Positions 1 through 11,983 of a DNA stretch of 41,091 nt are shown piece by piece (position 1 is the first letter of the stretch; every line of letters starts with the position of its first letter). The notes below the pieces were generated by a model. It was not told the origin of the DNA. It saw only the letters and a program-made list of their open reading frames with translations, and made no database searches. The position numbers and the translations under genes were made by a program. The DNA is from Eledone cirrhosa (lineage: Eukaryota), in contig CAXHJY010000441.1 of assembly GCA_964016885.1 (NCBI GenBank), positions 1-41,091 on the forward strand. Direction: 5' to 3'.

Positions 1-60
1 ATGCTTTCCAGCATAGTTACGTCCCTTTACGATCTGAGTTCAAATCCCGCTGAGGTTAAC
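1..60 (+). mobile_element. Partial copy of the SINE at 210-392 (B-box segment)
   Basis: Near-identical to 246-305 (atgctttccagcatagtta...ctgagttcaaatcccgctgaggttaac). Confidence 0.7.
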
Positions 61-209
61 CACTGTAATATGCTGTGTAATGGTTGTTTGCTTAGTTGGG
101 CCTTTAATCCCTGAGATTTTTGGGGTGCCACTGTGACAAACTGCGTGAAGCCTGCTTGGGCCCTCAATCCCTGGAGTCGTGGGAGCACCATTATTACAAG
201 TTGTGTAAT

Positions 210-392
210 CGGTAGATTGGCAGTATTGGTAGAGAGTCGGACGCCATGCTTTCCAGCATAGTTATGTCACTTTACGGTCTGAGTTCAAATCCCGCTGAGG
301 TTAACTTTGCCTTTTATCCTTACGGGGTCGATAAAATAAAGTACCAGTAATGTACTGGATAATTGCTGGCCTTGTGCCAAAAAGTAGAAACA
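210..392 (+). mobile_element. tRNA-derived SINE with 20-bp target-site duplication
   Basis: A-box-like tggcagtattgg, B box gagttcaaatccc; flanked by identical attattacaagttgtgtaat at 190-209 and 393-412. Confidence 0.8.
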
Positions 393-528
393 ATTATTAC
401 AAGTTGTGTAATATTTGCTGTTTCAGACTTCAATTTATGATGTGGTGACTACAACAAATAGGGAAGGTCAATGTTAGAATGATTTATTTAACCTCTTAAC
501 ATCCTGTATGATTCAGTAGAAAATAACA

Positions 529-835
529 GGTTTGTTAATTAAAATGTTTATAGTGTCTTCACTGGTGGACAGGTCATTGTGAAAATTTGCAGCAAACTAG
601 TCTTTATTTTAATTTTTAATGTGATGCAGTCATAATGATGTTTTGTAATTTTCAAGATTATCTTTGCTAATGAAGTTTCATGTGGTTTATTAATTCAAAT
701 GTTTATAGTATCTTTATTAGCAGACAGATTGTTTTGAAAATATGCAATATTAGAGTAAAGACTTCAATTTTTAATGCGATGTCTTCATAATGCTTTTTTC
801 AAGAATGTCTTTGCTAATGTGGTTTCATGTGGTAC
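529..835. repeat. Degenerate ~155-bp tandem duplication
   Basis: ggttt.ttaatt.aaatgtttatagt.tctt ... tctttgctaatg..gtttcatgtggt occurs twice in tandem. Confidence 0.6.
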
Positions 836-1066
836 AGGACGCTAAGAGTTAATAACTATGGATAGGAAACAAAAAATAGATAAAACATTGATCTGTAAAC
901 AGCATTTCATATTATAGATCATAACATAATTGTTCATATCATAAATAAGACAACTTTCAAAGTGGTCTTCAGTTTTGTTGAAGATAACAGAATATAAATA
1001 TATTTTCATGTGAAAAACTAAGATAACGGGATACACAACAACCATAACTTAGACTTTGTACTGTCT

Positions 1067-1490
1067 TTAACCCTTTCGTTACAATATTTTTGATGTATGA
1101 CAATGTCTGTCATTAATCCTTTCATTACCATATTTCTAATGAAAGACACTGTCTATGCCATTAACACTTTCATTACCATATTTCTAATGAAAGACACTGT
1201 CTATGTCATTAACACTTTCATTACCATATTTCTAATGAAAGACACTGTCTGTGTCATTAACACTTTCATTATCATATTTCTAATGAAAGACACTGTCTAT
1301 GTCATTAACCCTTTCATTACCATGTTTCTAATGAAAGACACTGTCTATGTCATTAACCCTTTCATTAGCATATTTCTGATGTATGACACTACCTATGTCT
1401 TTAACTCTTTCATTACCATATTTCTGATGTATGACACTACCTATGTCATGTACCCTTTCATTACCATATTTCTAATGAAAGACACTGGTT
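1067..1490. repeat. 48-bp minisatellite, ~9 units, made of the MITE left end
   Basis: Unit cattaaccctttcattaccatatttctaatgaaagacactgtctatgt; explains the 16-aa periodic ORF 1097-1501. Confidence 0.9.
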
Positions 1491-1701
1491 ATGACTTTTA
1501 AATAATTTTGAAAATAATCAAGAATTTAAAAGGATTTAGTAATATAACTAACTTTCTCATTATTTATCTGGTGTTTGGAAAATAACTTAAAGGTTCTTAC
1601 ATAAAATTAAGGCAGAAGGCATTTTAGATATATATAAGCACTTTAAAACAAAACAGTTTTCTATTATAAAATCTGTGTGGTCTCAGGTGGTATCAAAAGG
1701 G
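1071..1701 (+). mobile_element. piggyBac-like non-autonomous element (MITE) with TTAA target duplication
   Basis: TTAA(1067-1070)-CCCTTTCGTTAC ... GTATCAAAAGGG-TTAA(1702-1705); CCC...GGG termini at TTAA are characteristic of the piggyBac superfamily. Confidence 0.65.
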
Positions 1702-2514
1702 TTAAAACTTTATAGAATGTGTGATGCTTGAACAAATTTTAGAGCATGGAGACTTGTGTAGACTGTTTACAAGAAGAGCAGAGATCTTGATAGAGACCAG
1801 CACAAAATGGAATCGGTCAGTCAAATACTTGTATCTGGCTATCTTGTGCTCTTCTGTGACAGTCAGTGGGCCAAGATGTCTTAATGGTGAACAGGAATTG
1901 GTCTGTCATGTCTCCATATCTGGAAATCTGCTTTTCTGTAACAATTTAGGGACAAAGATAGACATCTTGATGGAGACTGGCACGAAAAGGAATCGGTTAA
2001 ATTCTGATATTTAGATATTTGGTTAGCTATAAGTCATATGTAAATGGAATTTTATAGAGTAAGGATGAGGTAGAAAGAGTTCCCAGTAGAGGAAAGCTAT
2101 TGTAGAAAGAGTTCCCTGTGGAAGGAAGCAACTCTAGATTACTAATACCAGAACAGTTTTGATCTAAGATATAACAGAAACAGAATAGAGTATTGATACA
2201 GTTACATTGTCATCTCATTGTAGTTCATGTGATTACAAATATATATATATATATATATGTGTGTATGTGTGTGTGTGTGTGTGTGTGTGTTATACACACA
2301 CACACATATTTATATATTCTAAATGTTCTTAGAAAAACTTTTTTTTTCGATATGTCTATCTCTTGAGGAAATTTTCCTATTTTCGTTTGTGATGTCAACA
2401 TAATTAATGTTAATTCTAATTGGTGTAGAAAGAATATTTGGAAGGAAATAGAGTTGAAAAGAGATTTTGCTTAAGGGCCTTGAAACCTGAACAGTGAACA
2501 GAGATGGAGATCAA

Positions 2515-2536
2515 GGAGAGAAAGAGAGAGAGAGAA

Positions 2537-2567
<31 letters not shown>

Positions 2568-2631
2568 AAGAGAGAGAGAATGATAGAGAGAGAGAGAGTA
2601 GGACTGTCACAATAGAGAGAGAGAGAGAGAG

Positions 2632-2722
<91 letters not shown>
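2515..2722. repeat. (GA)n microsatellite
   Basis: Directly visible. Confidence 0.95.
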
Positions 2723-2723
<1 letters not shown>

Positions 2724-2834
2724 GTCACTGTAGTCTGTGTAAACTAAGTGGAAGAACCAAACGTACTTTCTGATATCAGAGATGGCTTTACTTCAACTTG
2801 ACTAAATTGGAATCAATATCTTGAAACTATAGCA

Positions 2835-3235
2835 ATGGTGGTGGTGGTGGTGGTATGTTGGTGGTGGTGGTGTGTTGGTGGTGGTGGTGGTGTGGTGGTG
2901 GTGGTGTGGTGGTGGTGGTGGTGGTGGTGTGGTGTTGGTGGTGTTGGTGGTGGTGGAGGTGGTAGTGGAGGTGGTAGTAGTGGTGGTGATGATGGCAGTG
3001 GTGAAGGTGGTAGTAGTGTTGGTGGCGATGATGGTGGTGATGGATGTGGTAGTAGTGGTGGTGATGGTAGTGGTAGTGGTGATGGTAGTGATGGTGTTGA
3101 TGGTGGTGGGACGGCAGTGGTGGAGGTGGTGTTGTTGGCGGTGGTGATGGAGGTGGTGGGACGGTGGTGGTGATGGTAGTAGTGGTGGTGGTGGTGTTGA
3201 TGGGACGGTGGTGGTGGTGATAGTGGAGGTGGTGA
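2835..3235. repeat. (GGT)n-type degenerate trinucleotide repeat
   Basis: Directly visible. Confidence 0.95.
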
Positions 3236-3425
3236 AGGTGGATTGGCAGAGTCAAACACCTCTGTGATATTTGTTCTGGCTCTTTACATTCTGAGTTCAA
3301 ATCTTGCCTTTCATCTTTCCGGGTATAAATAAAATAAGGTACCAGTTAAATACTGGGGTTCATTCAATCAACTTTGCCTTTCCCATAAATTTGCTGGCCT
3401 TGTGTCTAAATTAGATATCATTATT
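3236..3425 (+). mobile_element. Decayed copy of the 210-392 SINE family
   Basis: ggattggcagag...ctttacattctgagttcaaatc ttgcctttcatc...taaaataaggtaccagt...tgctggccttgtg. Confidence 0.65.
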
Positions 3426-3758
3426 TTGGAAATGTACGCAGATGAACAATTCAAAATAAAATTTGGCTCAGAATCATGAATCAATTTTCTTAGTGTAATT
3501 TTAGTCATGAAAATATAGAGTAGAAGAAATAATGATAGAAAAGGGTTTGGTACTAAACCACTATCATCATCATCATCCTCATTTAACAACCATTTTCCCT
3601 GCAAGGGTTGGACAGGTTGTCATAGACTAAGTCAGTACTTCATCAGAGCTACTGACCTCTCAGATAAACTAGGAGTAAGGGATGAGGGTCGAGGTCTCAT
3701 TTCTCAATTACATATGTTTCTGTAATATACAGAGTGTACTAAGTACATTTTATTGTGG

Positions 3759-4387
3759 GACCATCAGTACAGAGGTTGACCATCAGTACAGAGGTTGACC
3801 ATCACTACAGAGGTTGACCATCACTACAGAGGTTGACCACCACTACAGAGGTTGACCACCACTACAGAGGTAGACCACCACTACAGAGGTTGACCATCAG
3901 TACAGAGGTTGACCATCAGTACAGAGGTTGACCACCACTACAGAGGTTGATCACCACTACAGAGGTTGACCATCAGTACAGAGGTTGACCATCAGTACAG
4001 AGGTTGACCATCAGTACAGAGGTTGACCACCACTACAGAGGTTGACCATCAGTACAGAGGTTGACCATCAGTACAGAGGTTGCCCACCACTACAGAGGTT
4101 GACCATCAGTACAGAGGTTGACCATCAGTACAGAGTTTGACCACCACTACAGAGGTTGACCATCAATACAGAGGTTGACCACCACTACAGAGGTTGACCA
4201 CCACTACAGAGGTTGACCATCAGTACAGAGGTTGACCATCAGTACAGAGGTTGACCATCAGTACAGAGGTTGACCATCAGTACAGAGGTTGACCATCAGT
4301 ACAGAGGTTGATCACCACTACAGAGGTTGACCATCAGTACAGAGGTTGACCATCACTACAGAGGTTGACCATCAGTACAGAGGTTGT
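3759..4387. repeat. 19-bp minisatellite, ~33 units
   Basis: Unit gaccatcagtacagaggtt interspersed with variant gaccaccactacagaggtt. Confidence 0.95.
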
Positions 4388-4447
4388 CATGTCTTTAACA
4401 CAACTGAAGAATTCTTCCGATCCTTTGTTTGGCTGTCTCCAGCTGGA

Positions 4448-4735
4448 TATCATCATCAACATCATCATCACCATTCAACATGTCTTCTCTGCTAGCAAAG
4501 GTTGGATAAGTTTTCACAGAGCAAGTCAGTATTCAGGCCAAACCATCAGGCAGGGTGGGGGCATGTATCTCACATACTCTCTATTGAGTGCATTTGGATG
4601 TGGTACCAGCACAGGGAGGTTATCCTGTTTTTACACAGATAAAGGGTCCTCCTGACCCTTTGTTTGGCAGGTTTTCTACAGCTGAGCACCCTTCCTATCA
4701 CCACCACTTTACAGAGTGTACTGGGTGTTTTGACC
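4448..4735 (-). mobile_element. Decayed RTE-type SINE/LINE 3' tail
   Basis: (CAT)n start, then ttttctacagctg..cacccttcctatcacca ccactttacagagtgtactgggtg, the reverse complement of the tail seen at 18625-18685 and 27825-27870. Confidence 0.55.
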
Positions 4736-4799
4736 TCGTTTGGGAGGGGCAGGGCATTTCTCTACTTGGTGCCAAAAACAATGTTGCAATTGATGGCAA

Positions 4800-5138
4800 G
4801 TGATGGTGGTGATGATGTTAGTGATGGTGATGATGATGAGGGCATTGGTGATGACAATGATGGTAGTAATGATAATCGTAATGATGGTGATCATGGTGTT
4901 AGTGATGATAATGGTGATGGTGGTGTTAGTGATGATGATGGTGATGGTGGTGATGAAGCTAGTTATGATGATGATTGTTGTGATGGTATTGATTGTGGTA
5001 GTGTTGGTGTTGATGGTCGTGATGGTGATAATGATAGTGTTGATGTCGTTAGTGATGGTGATGATATTGATGATGGTAGTAATAATAATGTTGATGACGA
5101 TGATGGTGGTAGTAATGATGGTGGTGATGATGATGGTG
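4800..5138. repeat. (GAT/GGT)n degenerate repeat
   Basis: Directly visible. Confidence 0.9.
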
Positions 5139-5699
5139 TTTATCAGTACATCTAAATCAATAACAAACACTTCTAAAAGCCAAGACTGTACCAAACTAAA
5201 GAAGAGAAGACATCAATATATTAACAGACAGAAGAGTAGGCGGCAGAAGACAGCCATTGGAATATATAATACCAGACAGTATAAGACAGCTACTGGAATT
5301 GTTTGCCAATATCTCCAAAATTGTTCACACAACTCTCTCTTTCTCTCTCAGACACCTCCTCACTGGTGCACCACCTCCTCCAACAGATAACTCTTCCTCT
5401 CACACACACTTCTTTACAAGCATAGCATTTCCTCACACTCTTCATCACAGACTGAGGTCTTCCTCACAGAATGAGCATTTCTTCACAGAATGAGCTCTTC
5501 CTTGTAAAATAAGCTCTTCCTTGTAGAATCAGCTCTTCCTTGTAGAATGAGCTCTTCAACTCAAACCAAGCTCTTCTTTCAACACCCTTCCTCATGCAAT
5601 CCGCTTCATAAATCCAGCTCTTCTTCATGCAATTCCTCATAGACCTAGCTTTTCTTCACAGATCCAACTCTTCTTCACAGATCTAGTGCAAGTGTCACA

Positions 5700-5880
5700 A
5701 CAAAAAGTACCCCCTCACCCACCCCCTGTAAAGTGGCCATGCTGCTGCTAAGACAAAAAAAAAACACCCAGTCCACTCTGCAAGGTGGTCATGCTGGTTC
5801 AAGGAGAGAAAGCACCCAGTCGGCCATGTAAGGTGAAGTGTTTGGCATTAAGAAGGGAATCCAGCCATAGAAGACCAAAC
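5700..5880 (+). mobile_element. Decayed SINE/RTE 3' region with an internally repeated aaaa.cacccagt..actctgtaa.gtgg motif
   Basis: Ends ttggcattaagaagggaatccagccatagaa, similar to 18655-18685. Confidence 0.5.
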
Positions 5881-6094
5881 TGAAAACAGAACATATGACC
5901 AAGATGTGACAAGGTTGGCCCATTGAATTACAGGTATAACTTAATTTGGAGCAACATGAATAAAGTAGTGTATTACTGAAGTATATGACACACTCCTGGG
6001 TATCAAACTCACAAACTTACAATGTTGAGCCAAACACCTTAACTACTAAAAGATGTTTATTAGTCTGGTACTTATCCCAGTTTCATTGGTATTA

Positions 6095-6282
6095 AGTGAC
6101 TGAGAGTATAAGACTCTTCCCCTGGACAGAACGCCAGTCCATTGCAGGTACTCATTTTCAGCTGAGTATACTGGAGCAATGTGAAATAAAGTGTTTTTCT
6201 CGAGAACGCAACACACAACCCAGTCCAGGAATCGAACTCACAACATTATAATCATAAGGTGAACACCCTTACCACTAAGCTG
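6095..6282 (-). mobile_element. tRNA-derived SINE (same family as 18419-18763); a second fragment lies at ~5948-6050
   Basis: Reverse complement reads gcttagtggtaagg...tgtgagttcgattcctgg...ctttatttcacattgctccagtatactcagctg. Confidence 0.7.
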
Positions 6283-6316
6283 CTGTCTGGAACTTAATTT
6301 AACAAATTCTTACATA

Positions 6317-6525
6317 TCACCACCACCACCAATACCATCATCAACGCTACCACCATCACCACCCCACCAGTATCATCATCATCATCATCACTACCACCAC
6401 CACTACCATCATTAGCATCATCACCACCACCACCATCACTACCATTATCACTACCACCACCACCACCACCATCATTATTATCATGGTGCTGATGATGGTG
6501 GTGGTGGTGGTGATAGTAATGATGT
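6317..6525. repeat. (CAC/CAT)n followed by inverted (GGT/GAT)n
   Basis: Directly visible. Confidence 0.85.
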
Positions 6526-7044
6526 AAAGTGCCATAAATATACTAGCATGGGTCATGCCAGTAACATTTCAATCTACTACGGTATCCTTTGTATTTAAAT
6601 TGTAATGTCTATGGAAACGATGCTGTTTTCCCATCTATTCATCGCAAACATTCAGTTGAAGCTTTTGAAATTAAAAACTATTCCCGCCATGTTCATATTC
6701 TCTTCAGATTTCAGCTTAACTTGGATAACTGCTTTCCAGAGTTCTTGGCTAATTCAACCAGTTCATAATTCTTTTGTAAAGCTTGTATGGATACCAAAAG
6801 CACATACATAACTGCCTCTATATCTTTCATATTCCATTTATTCAGACAAAGCCTTTCCCTGGAGTAGCAGATTACTTATTGAGATTCTTTATCAAATAAA
6901 TACTGCATATCAACAGAAATAGGCTCATCTGAGGCTGATCTTCATCAAATTTTAACTCTTTTCACATGAAACTATCTGAAACCATCTCTCATTCAGCAAA
7001 TACTAAACTTAATATTGATGTTTCTATTTATCTAAAAAGATTCC

Positions 7045-7375
7045 ATCATGGTTTTATGTAAGAATCTATGTTAAGTTATGTTCCAAACAGCAACTCAATG
7101 AGAAAGTTTGTTATATTACTAAAGTTCAAATTCTTGGTAAAGAAAAGTTTAAAGTGTTTATGTTTTTCTAAAAACCTTCTGCCATAATTTTATGTAAGAA
7201 CCTTTAAGTTATGTTCCAAACAACAGCTTAATGATGACATTATTACTAAATCTTTTCAAATTCTTGACTATTTTCAAAATGATCTCAAAACCATAGGCAG
7301 TGTCTTCCATAAGAAATCTGGTAATAAAACCACAGGTAGTTTCTTCCATAAGAAATCTGGTTATAAAAGGGTCAA
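7045..7375 (-). mobile_element. Second, inverted and decayed copy of the 1071-1701 MITE family
   Basis: cttccataagaaatctggttataaaagggtcaa is the reverse complement of the 48-bp unit; ttttatgtaagaacctttaagttatgttccaaaca and tattactaaa match 1530-1605 reversed; the terminal unit is duplicated here too. Confidence 0.65.
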
Positions 7376-7559
7376 TTTTGCCCCCTACCCATCTATTATT
7401 AAATGGATTCTATATTTTTTAATACTATAACTTCTTATTGTTTTAATTAACACATTATCATACAAGGGGTTGAGCATATGAGTGTGACATCTGGTAACAC
7501 TGGCGTAGTTTAGCCACATATACAGGAGCAGCCCTGGAAGATTACCACACCAACTTCTG

Positions 7560-7740
7560 ACACAACAGCGACCCATGTACTGGAGAATCTACCACAGATC
7601 ACCGAAGAAGACATGGGAGAAACAAATCGAGGAGGACCTGAAATTAGAGCACCTTGACCTCAACCAGACTAAGGTCAGTGCCAAGGATAGAAAAGTATGG
7701 AAGAACATCATGATCAGAGTCCATCATCCAGTGGAACCCA
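7560..7740 (+). pseudogene. RTE-clade LINE ORF C-terminal remnant
   Basis: Manual translation ...RSPKKTWEKQIEEDLKLEHLDLNQTKVSAKDRKVWKNIM matches the RTE C-terminal R(G/S)RPKxTW...DL...DRxxW pattern also seen at 27470-27570. Confidence 0.6.
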
Positions 7741-8603
7741 TCGCAGCATATTGATTGAAAGGACAGCCACCCCTAATCACCAGCTAGGGATCAAAGAAGA
7801 ACAACTAACTAACCCTCTTGGTCCCGACTGACAGAATACATTGGCCTGAAGGACAGCGAGGGGGTTGAGCTGGAACAGTCACTTCCCCTCACCTGTTGGT
7901 GACCAACTCTTCTCCAATAACACTGAGTAGGGATGTGGTCAGGGGGCCAAGAATGCCAGAATCTCCACAGTTACAGGCTTCTATTTCTACCTCTTATTTT
8001 AAAAAAAATTTTTCAGGGTCAATTCCCTCCCACCCTATTTTTGTCTTTCTTCAGGGTCAATTCCCTTCCCCCTATTTTCTTCTTTCTCTTGGGTCAATCC
8101 CCCCCCCCCCCTCTATTGTCATTATGACATTGTAAAAGTATTTTAAAAGTAAAATTTAAAAACAAAAAATACACAATAAAAGTAGCTATCTGATTTTCTT
8201 AATTCAATGAAACATGCAGCAAATTATTTGGTATATCATCTTGTTCTTCAACCTCTTCAATTCTGGCATATTGTCTCTGCTGATTTAATTCTCTTAGAAA
8301 ATAAGTCAATAAAATTGAAGATTTTTCTTTGTTTTGCAGTCAGTTTTTTTTTCTATTTTATTGTTATTTAAAAAATTGTTTTTTATATTTTAACTCCATG
8401 AAAATATATTTTAAATCAATAACAGTTCTCATTATAGCACTACAGCCACCTATCTCTTGAAATTTACATATGACATTTAGTATATATATATATATACATA
8501 TATATATGTGTGTGTGTGTGTGTAAATATATACACATATATAAGTGTGTTTGGCAATATTTACACACGTGTGTGGTGTGTGTGTGTGTATATATATATAT
8601 ATA

Positions 8604-8654
<51 letters not shown>

Positions 8655-8665
8655 TATTCTGTGCG

Positions 8666-8727
8666 TACAAACCCATGCAAGCGTGGAACACGGACGTTAA
8701 ACGTTGATGATGATGATGATGATGATG
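8666..8727 (+). mobile_element. Extreme 3' tip of RTE/SINE with (GAT)n tail
   Basis: caaacccatgcaagcgtggaacacggacgttaaacg+(gat)n, nearly identical to 28048-28110. Confidence 0.8.
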
Positions 8728-9442
8728 TAGTCTGATGTAGTGTTTCTACTTTAGGTTCTTTGCTTACACCAGGCAACACAAAAGCTAATCTTCTGCTTGA
8801 TCAACTTTTTCACAATTTACATAGATCAGATGAAAATTTCCCTTAAATACTTCCCAAGTTGAAACACTTTTCACTTAGGTTTTGCATCTATAAACACATT
8901 TAACTCTATTTTTCACTTCCAAGCTTCCCATTTTTCTTTGTTACAAGGATATAATAAATATATATAATATAAATAAATATTTATATATATACACATAATT
9001 TATATATATGCATGTGTCTATATATATATCTATATATATATATCTATATCTATATCTATATATCTATATCTATATATCTATATATCTATATATATATATA
9101 TATATATATATATCTATATATCTATATATAAAAACAAATAACGAAACGAAATTAAATTTCGTTTCGTTTGTAACTCACTTTTGTATGACTGACGCTTAAA
9201 CATCGAAACTAGTCCAATATTCCTTGTCTGGCTTTCTGGAGAATAGAGGAAAGGTGTTTCCTCAAAAACCAGTATGACTCTAAAAACCGGTTTGTCTGTG
9301 TGTTTACATACAGAATAGCTGGACACTCACAGTAAAGTGACCAGTGAAAAACTCGGTACATCTACATATGTACACGTGTGTGTATTCATATGCATACTAG
9401 TATTTCAGTATACATATGTGGATGTACATTTTTAACTTAATT

Positions 9443-10433
9443 ATCTATCTATATCTATCTATATCTATCTATATCTATCTATATCTATCTATCTATATCT
9501 ATATCTATATCTATATATATCTATATCTATATCTATATATATCTATATCTATATATATCTATATATATCTATATATATATATCTATATATATATATCTAT
9601 ATATATATATCTATATCTATATATATCTATATATATCTATATATATATATCTATATATATATATCTATATATATATATCTATATATATCTATATATATAT
9701 ATCTATATATATCTATATATATATATCTATATATATATATATCTATATATATCTATATCTATATCTATATATATCTATATATATCTATATCTATATATAT
9801 CTATATATATCTATATCTATATATATCTATATATATCTATATCTATATATATCTATATATATCTATATCTATATATATCTATATATATCTATATCTATAT
9901 ATATCTATATATATCTATATCTATATATATCTATATATATCTATATATATCTATATCTATATATATCTATATATATCTATATCTATATATATCTATATCT
10001 ATATATATCTATATATATCTATATATATATATATCTATATCTATATATATATATATCTATATATATATATATCTATATATATATATATCTATATCTATAT
10101 CTATATATATCTATATATATATCTATATCTATATCTATATCTATATATATCTATATATATATCTATATCTATATATATATATATCTATATATATATATAT
10201 CTATATCTATATATCTATATATATCTATATATCTATATATCTATATATATCTATATCTATATATCTATATATATATCTATATATATATCTATATATATAT
10301 ATATCTATATATATATATATCTATATATATATATATCTATATATATATATATCTATATATATATATATCTATATATATATATCTATATATATATATATAT
10401 ATCTATATATATATCTATATATATATATATATA

Positions 10434-10472
<39 letters not shown>

Positions 10473-10549
10473 ATATATATATATATATATCTATATATCT
10501 ATATATATATATATATATATATCTATATATATATATATATATCTATATA

Positions 10550-10602
<53 letters not shown>

Positions 10603-10748
10603 ATATCTATATCTCTATCTATCTATATCTATCTATATCTATCTATCTATATCTATCTATCTATATCTATATCTATCTATATCTATCTATCTATATCTAT
10701 CTATATCTATCTATCTATCTATATCTATCTATCTATATCTATCTATCT
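9443..10748. repeat. 1.3-kb (TA)n/(TATC)n microsatellite
   Basis: Directly visible. Confidence 0.95.
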
Positions 10749-10749
10749 C

Positions 10750-11700
10750 ACGGCTCTCTGGCAGGCGGACCCGGCTGTCAGTGGAGAATCCACCTCGTCA
10801 TTCTATAGAGGGCTGGTGGTTAGCAGGTGCGACGACGCCCTCGGAGAAGCCCTAGGCATGGAGGAAGACGAACTGGCCAACCTGTTCGGTAGGACATTCA
10901 GCCCGGGACCCATGGATAACTTCCAGAGGTCCCTGGCCTGGCAATGCTACAGAAGGGCTCTGCCCGTTCGAGAAAGGCTCTACAGACACGGGCGCCCGGG
11001 TAGGGACCCATCGAAAAAGATCTGTCCCAGATGCGTGTGCGACGAGGAAACCGTTGCACACGCATTGGTACACTGCTCGGGCATTGCCGATCTGTGGGGT
11101 TACGTCGAACAACTGCTGTCAAGGGTGGGACCAATCCGGTTGACCACCGAGTCTATTGTAACGATCAAGCCGCCTCCCCTCTTCAAAAACGAAGGAGAGG
11201 CGGTGTTTCTGTGCGTAATAGCCATGGCGAAAGAGGTTGTATAGTGGACGAGTCTGAAAGGACTGAGGTCAGACACCTTTCTCTCTGGCCAACAACTGGT
11301 CCATTTCTTCCGATATCATTTCGGAAGAAGGATCAGGATGGAGAGAGAGGTGCTGCACCCCAGCCGTTTCTATGAAAGATGGGTGAAAGTGGCGAGAATG
11401 GCCCGTGTGAATGGGCCTTCACTCTACATCAGACTATAGGTGAGGAAGATGAAAGACCAAGGGAGCACCCCTTCTCTGTGCTCCTGAGGAGAAGGGTTGC
11501 ACACTTTTTTCGGGGGTGTGTGCGACCCCCCAAGGCGCCTCCTCTCTATTGAGGACTTTGTTATAAATTTTATTTTTTGTTATATTTTATTTTATTTTTA
11601 TATATTGTTATTGCCTCCTCCTTATTGGGGATGCCTTGTTTTGTAAACTCCCCCATTGTACTTGTCCCACTTTTGATGCCCTGGTGGCAAATAAAAGAAA
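10750..11700 (+). mobile_element. 5'-truncated Tx1-clade LINE copy A (ORF2 C-terminal zinc finger + 3' UTR)
   Basis: ORF 10816-11244 (CPRC...HALVHC) is homologous to 16520-17317; premature TAG at 11242-11244 where copy B has TGG; ends aataaaagaaa then (TATC)n. Confidence 0.9.
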
Positions 11701-11983
11701 CATATCTATCTATATCTATCTATCTATCTATCTATATCTATCTATATCTATCTATCTATCTATCTATCTTTCTGTCTAACGTGCGGAATATCGTCGGTAA
11801 GTTTTTTGTTAATTTCTATGCAAAAAACCGATCTAATTGTTTGAAAAAAATACAACACTTTGTAGATTAACCCCCAAGCTGAATTGTCAGCCGGGTGGTA
11901 ATCCCATTTTTCGCCCCTGTAGGGGCGAAAATTTTATTTAAAAGTTTGTCTTAAAATATCAAATTTTACAAAGTAAAAAAAAC

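Noticed and set aside
1097-1501. 134-aa periodic hydrophobic ORF
   Set aside because: By-product of a 48-bp tandem repeat
3759-4387. CRISPR-like regular array
   Set aside because: Contiguous 19-bp units with no unique spacers, no cas genes, eukaryotic context
2416-5390. ER-, SL-, G-, P-, H- and D-rich ORFs
   Set aside because: Readings of (GA)n, (GGT)n and (GAT)n repeats
6545-7030. Unique-looking stretch as a possible host exon
   Set aside because: Longest frames are only ~55-68 codons, with no recognisable motif or convincing splice evidence
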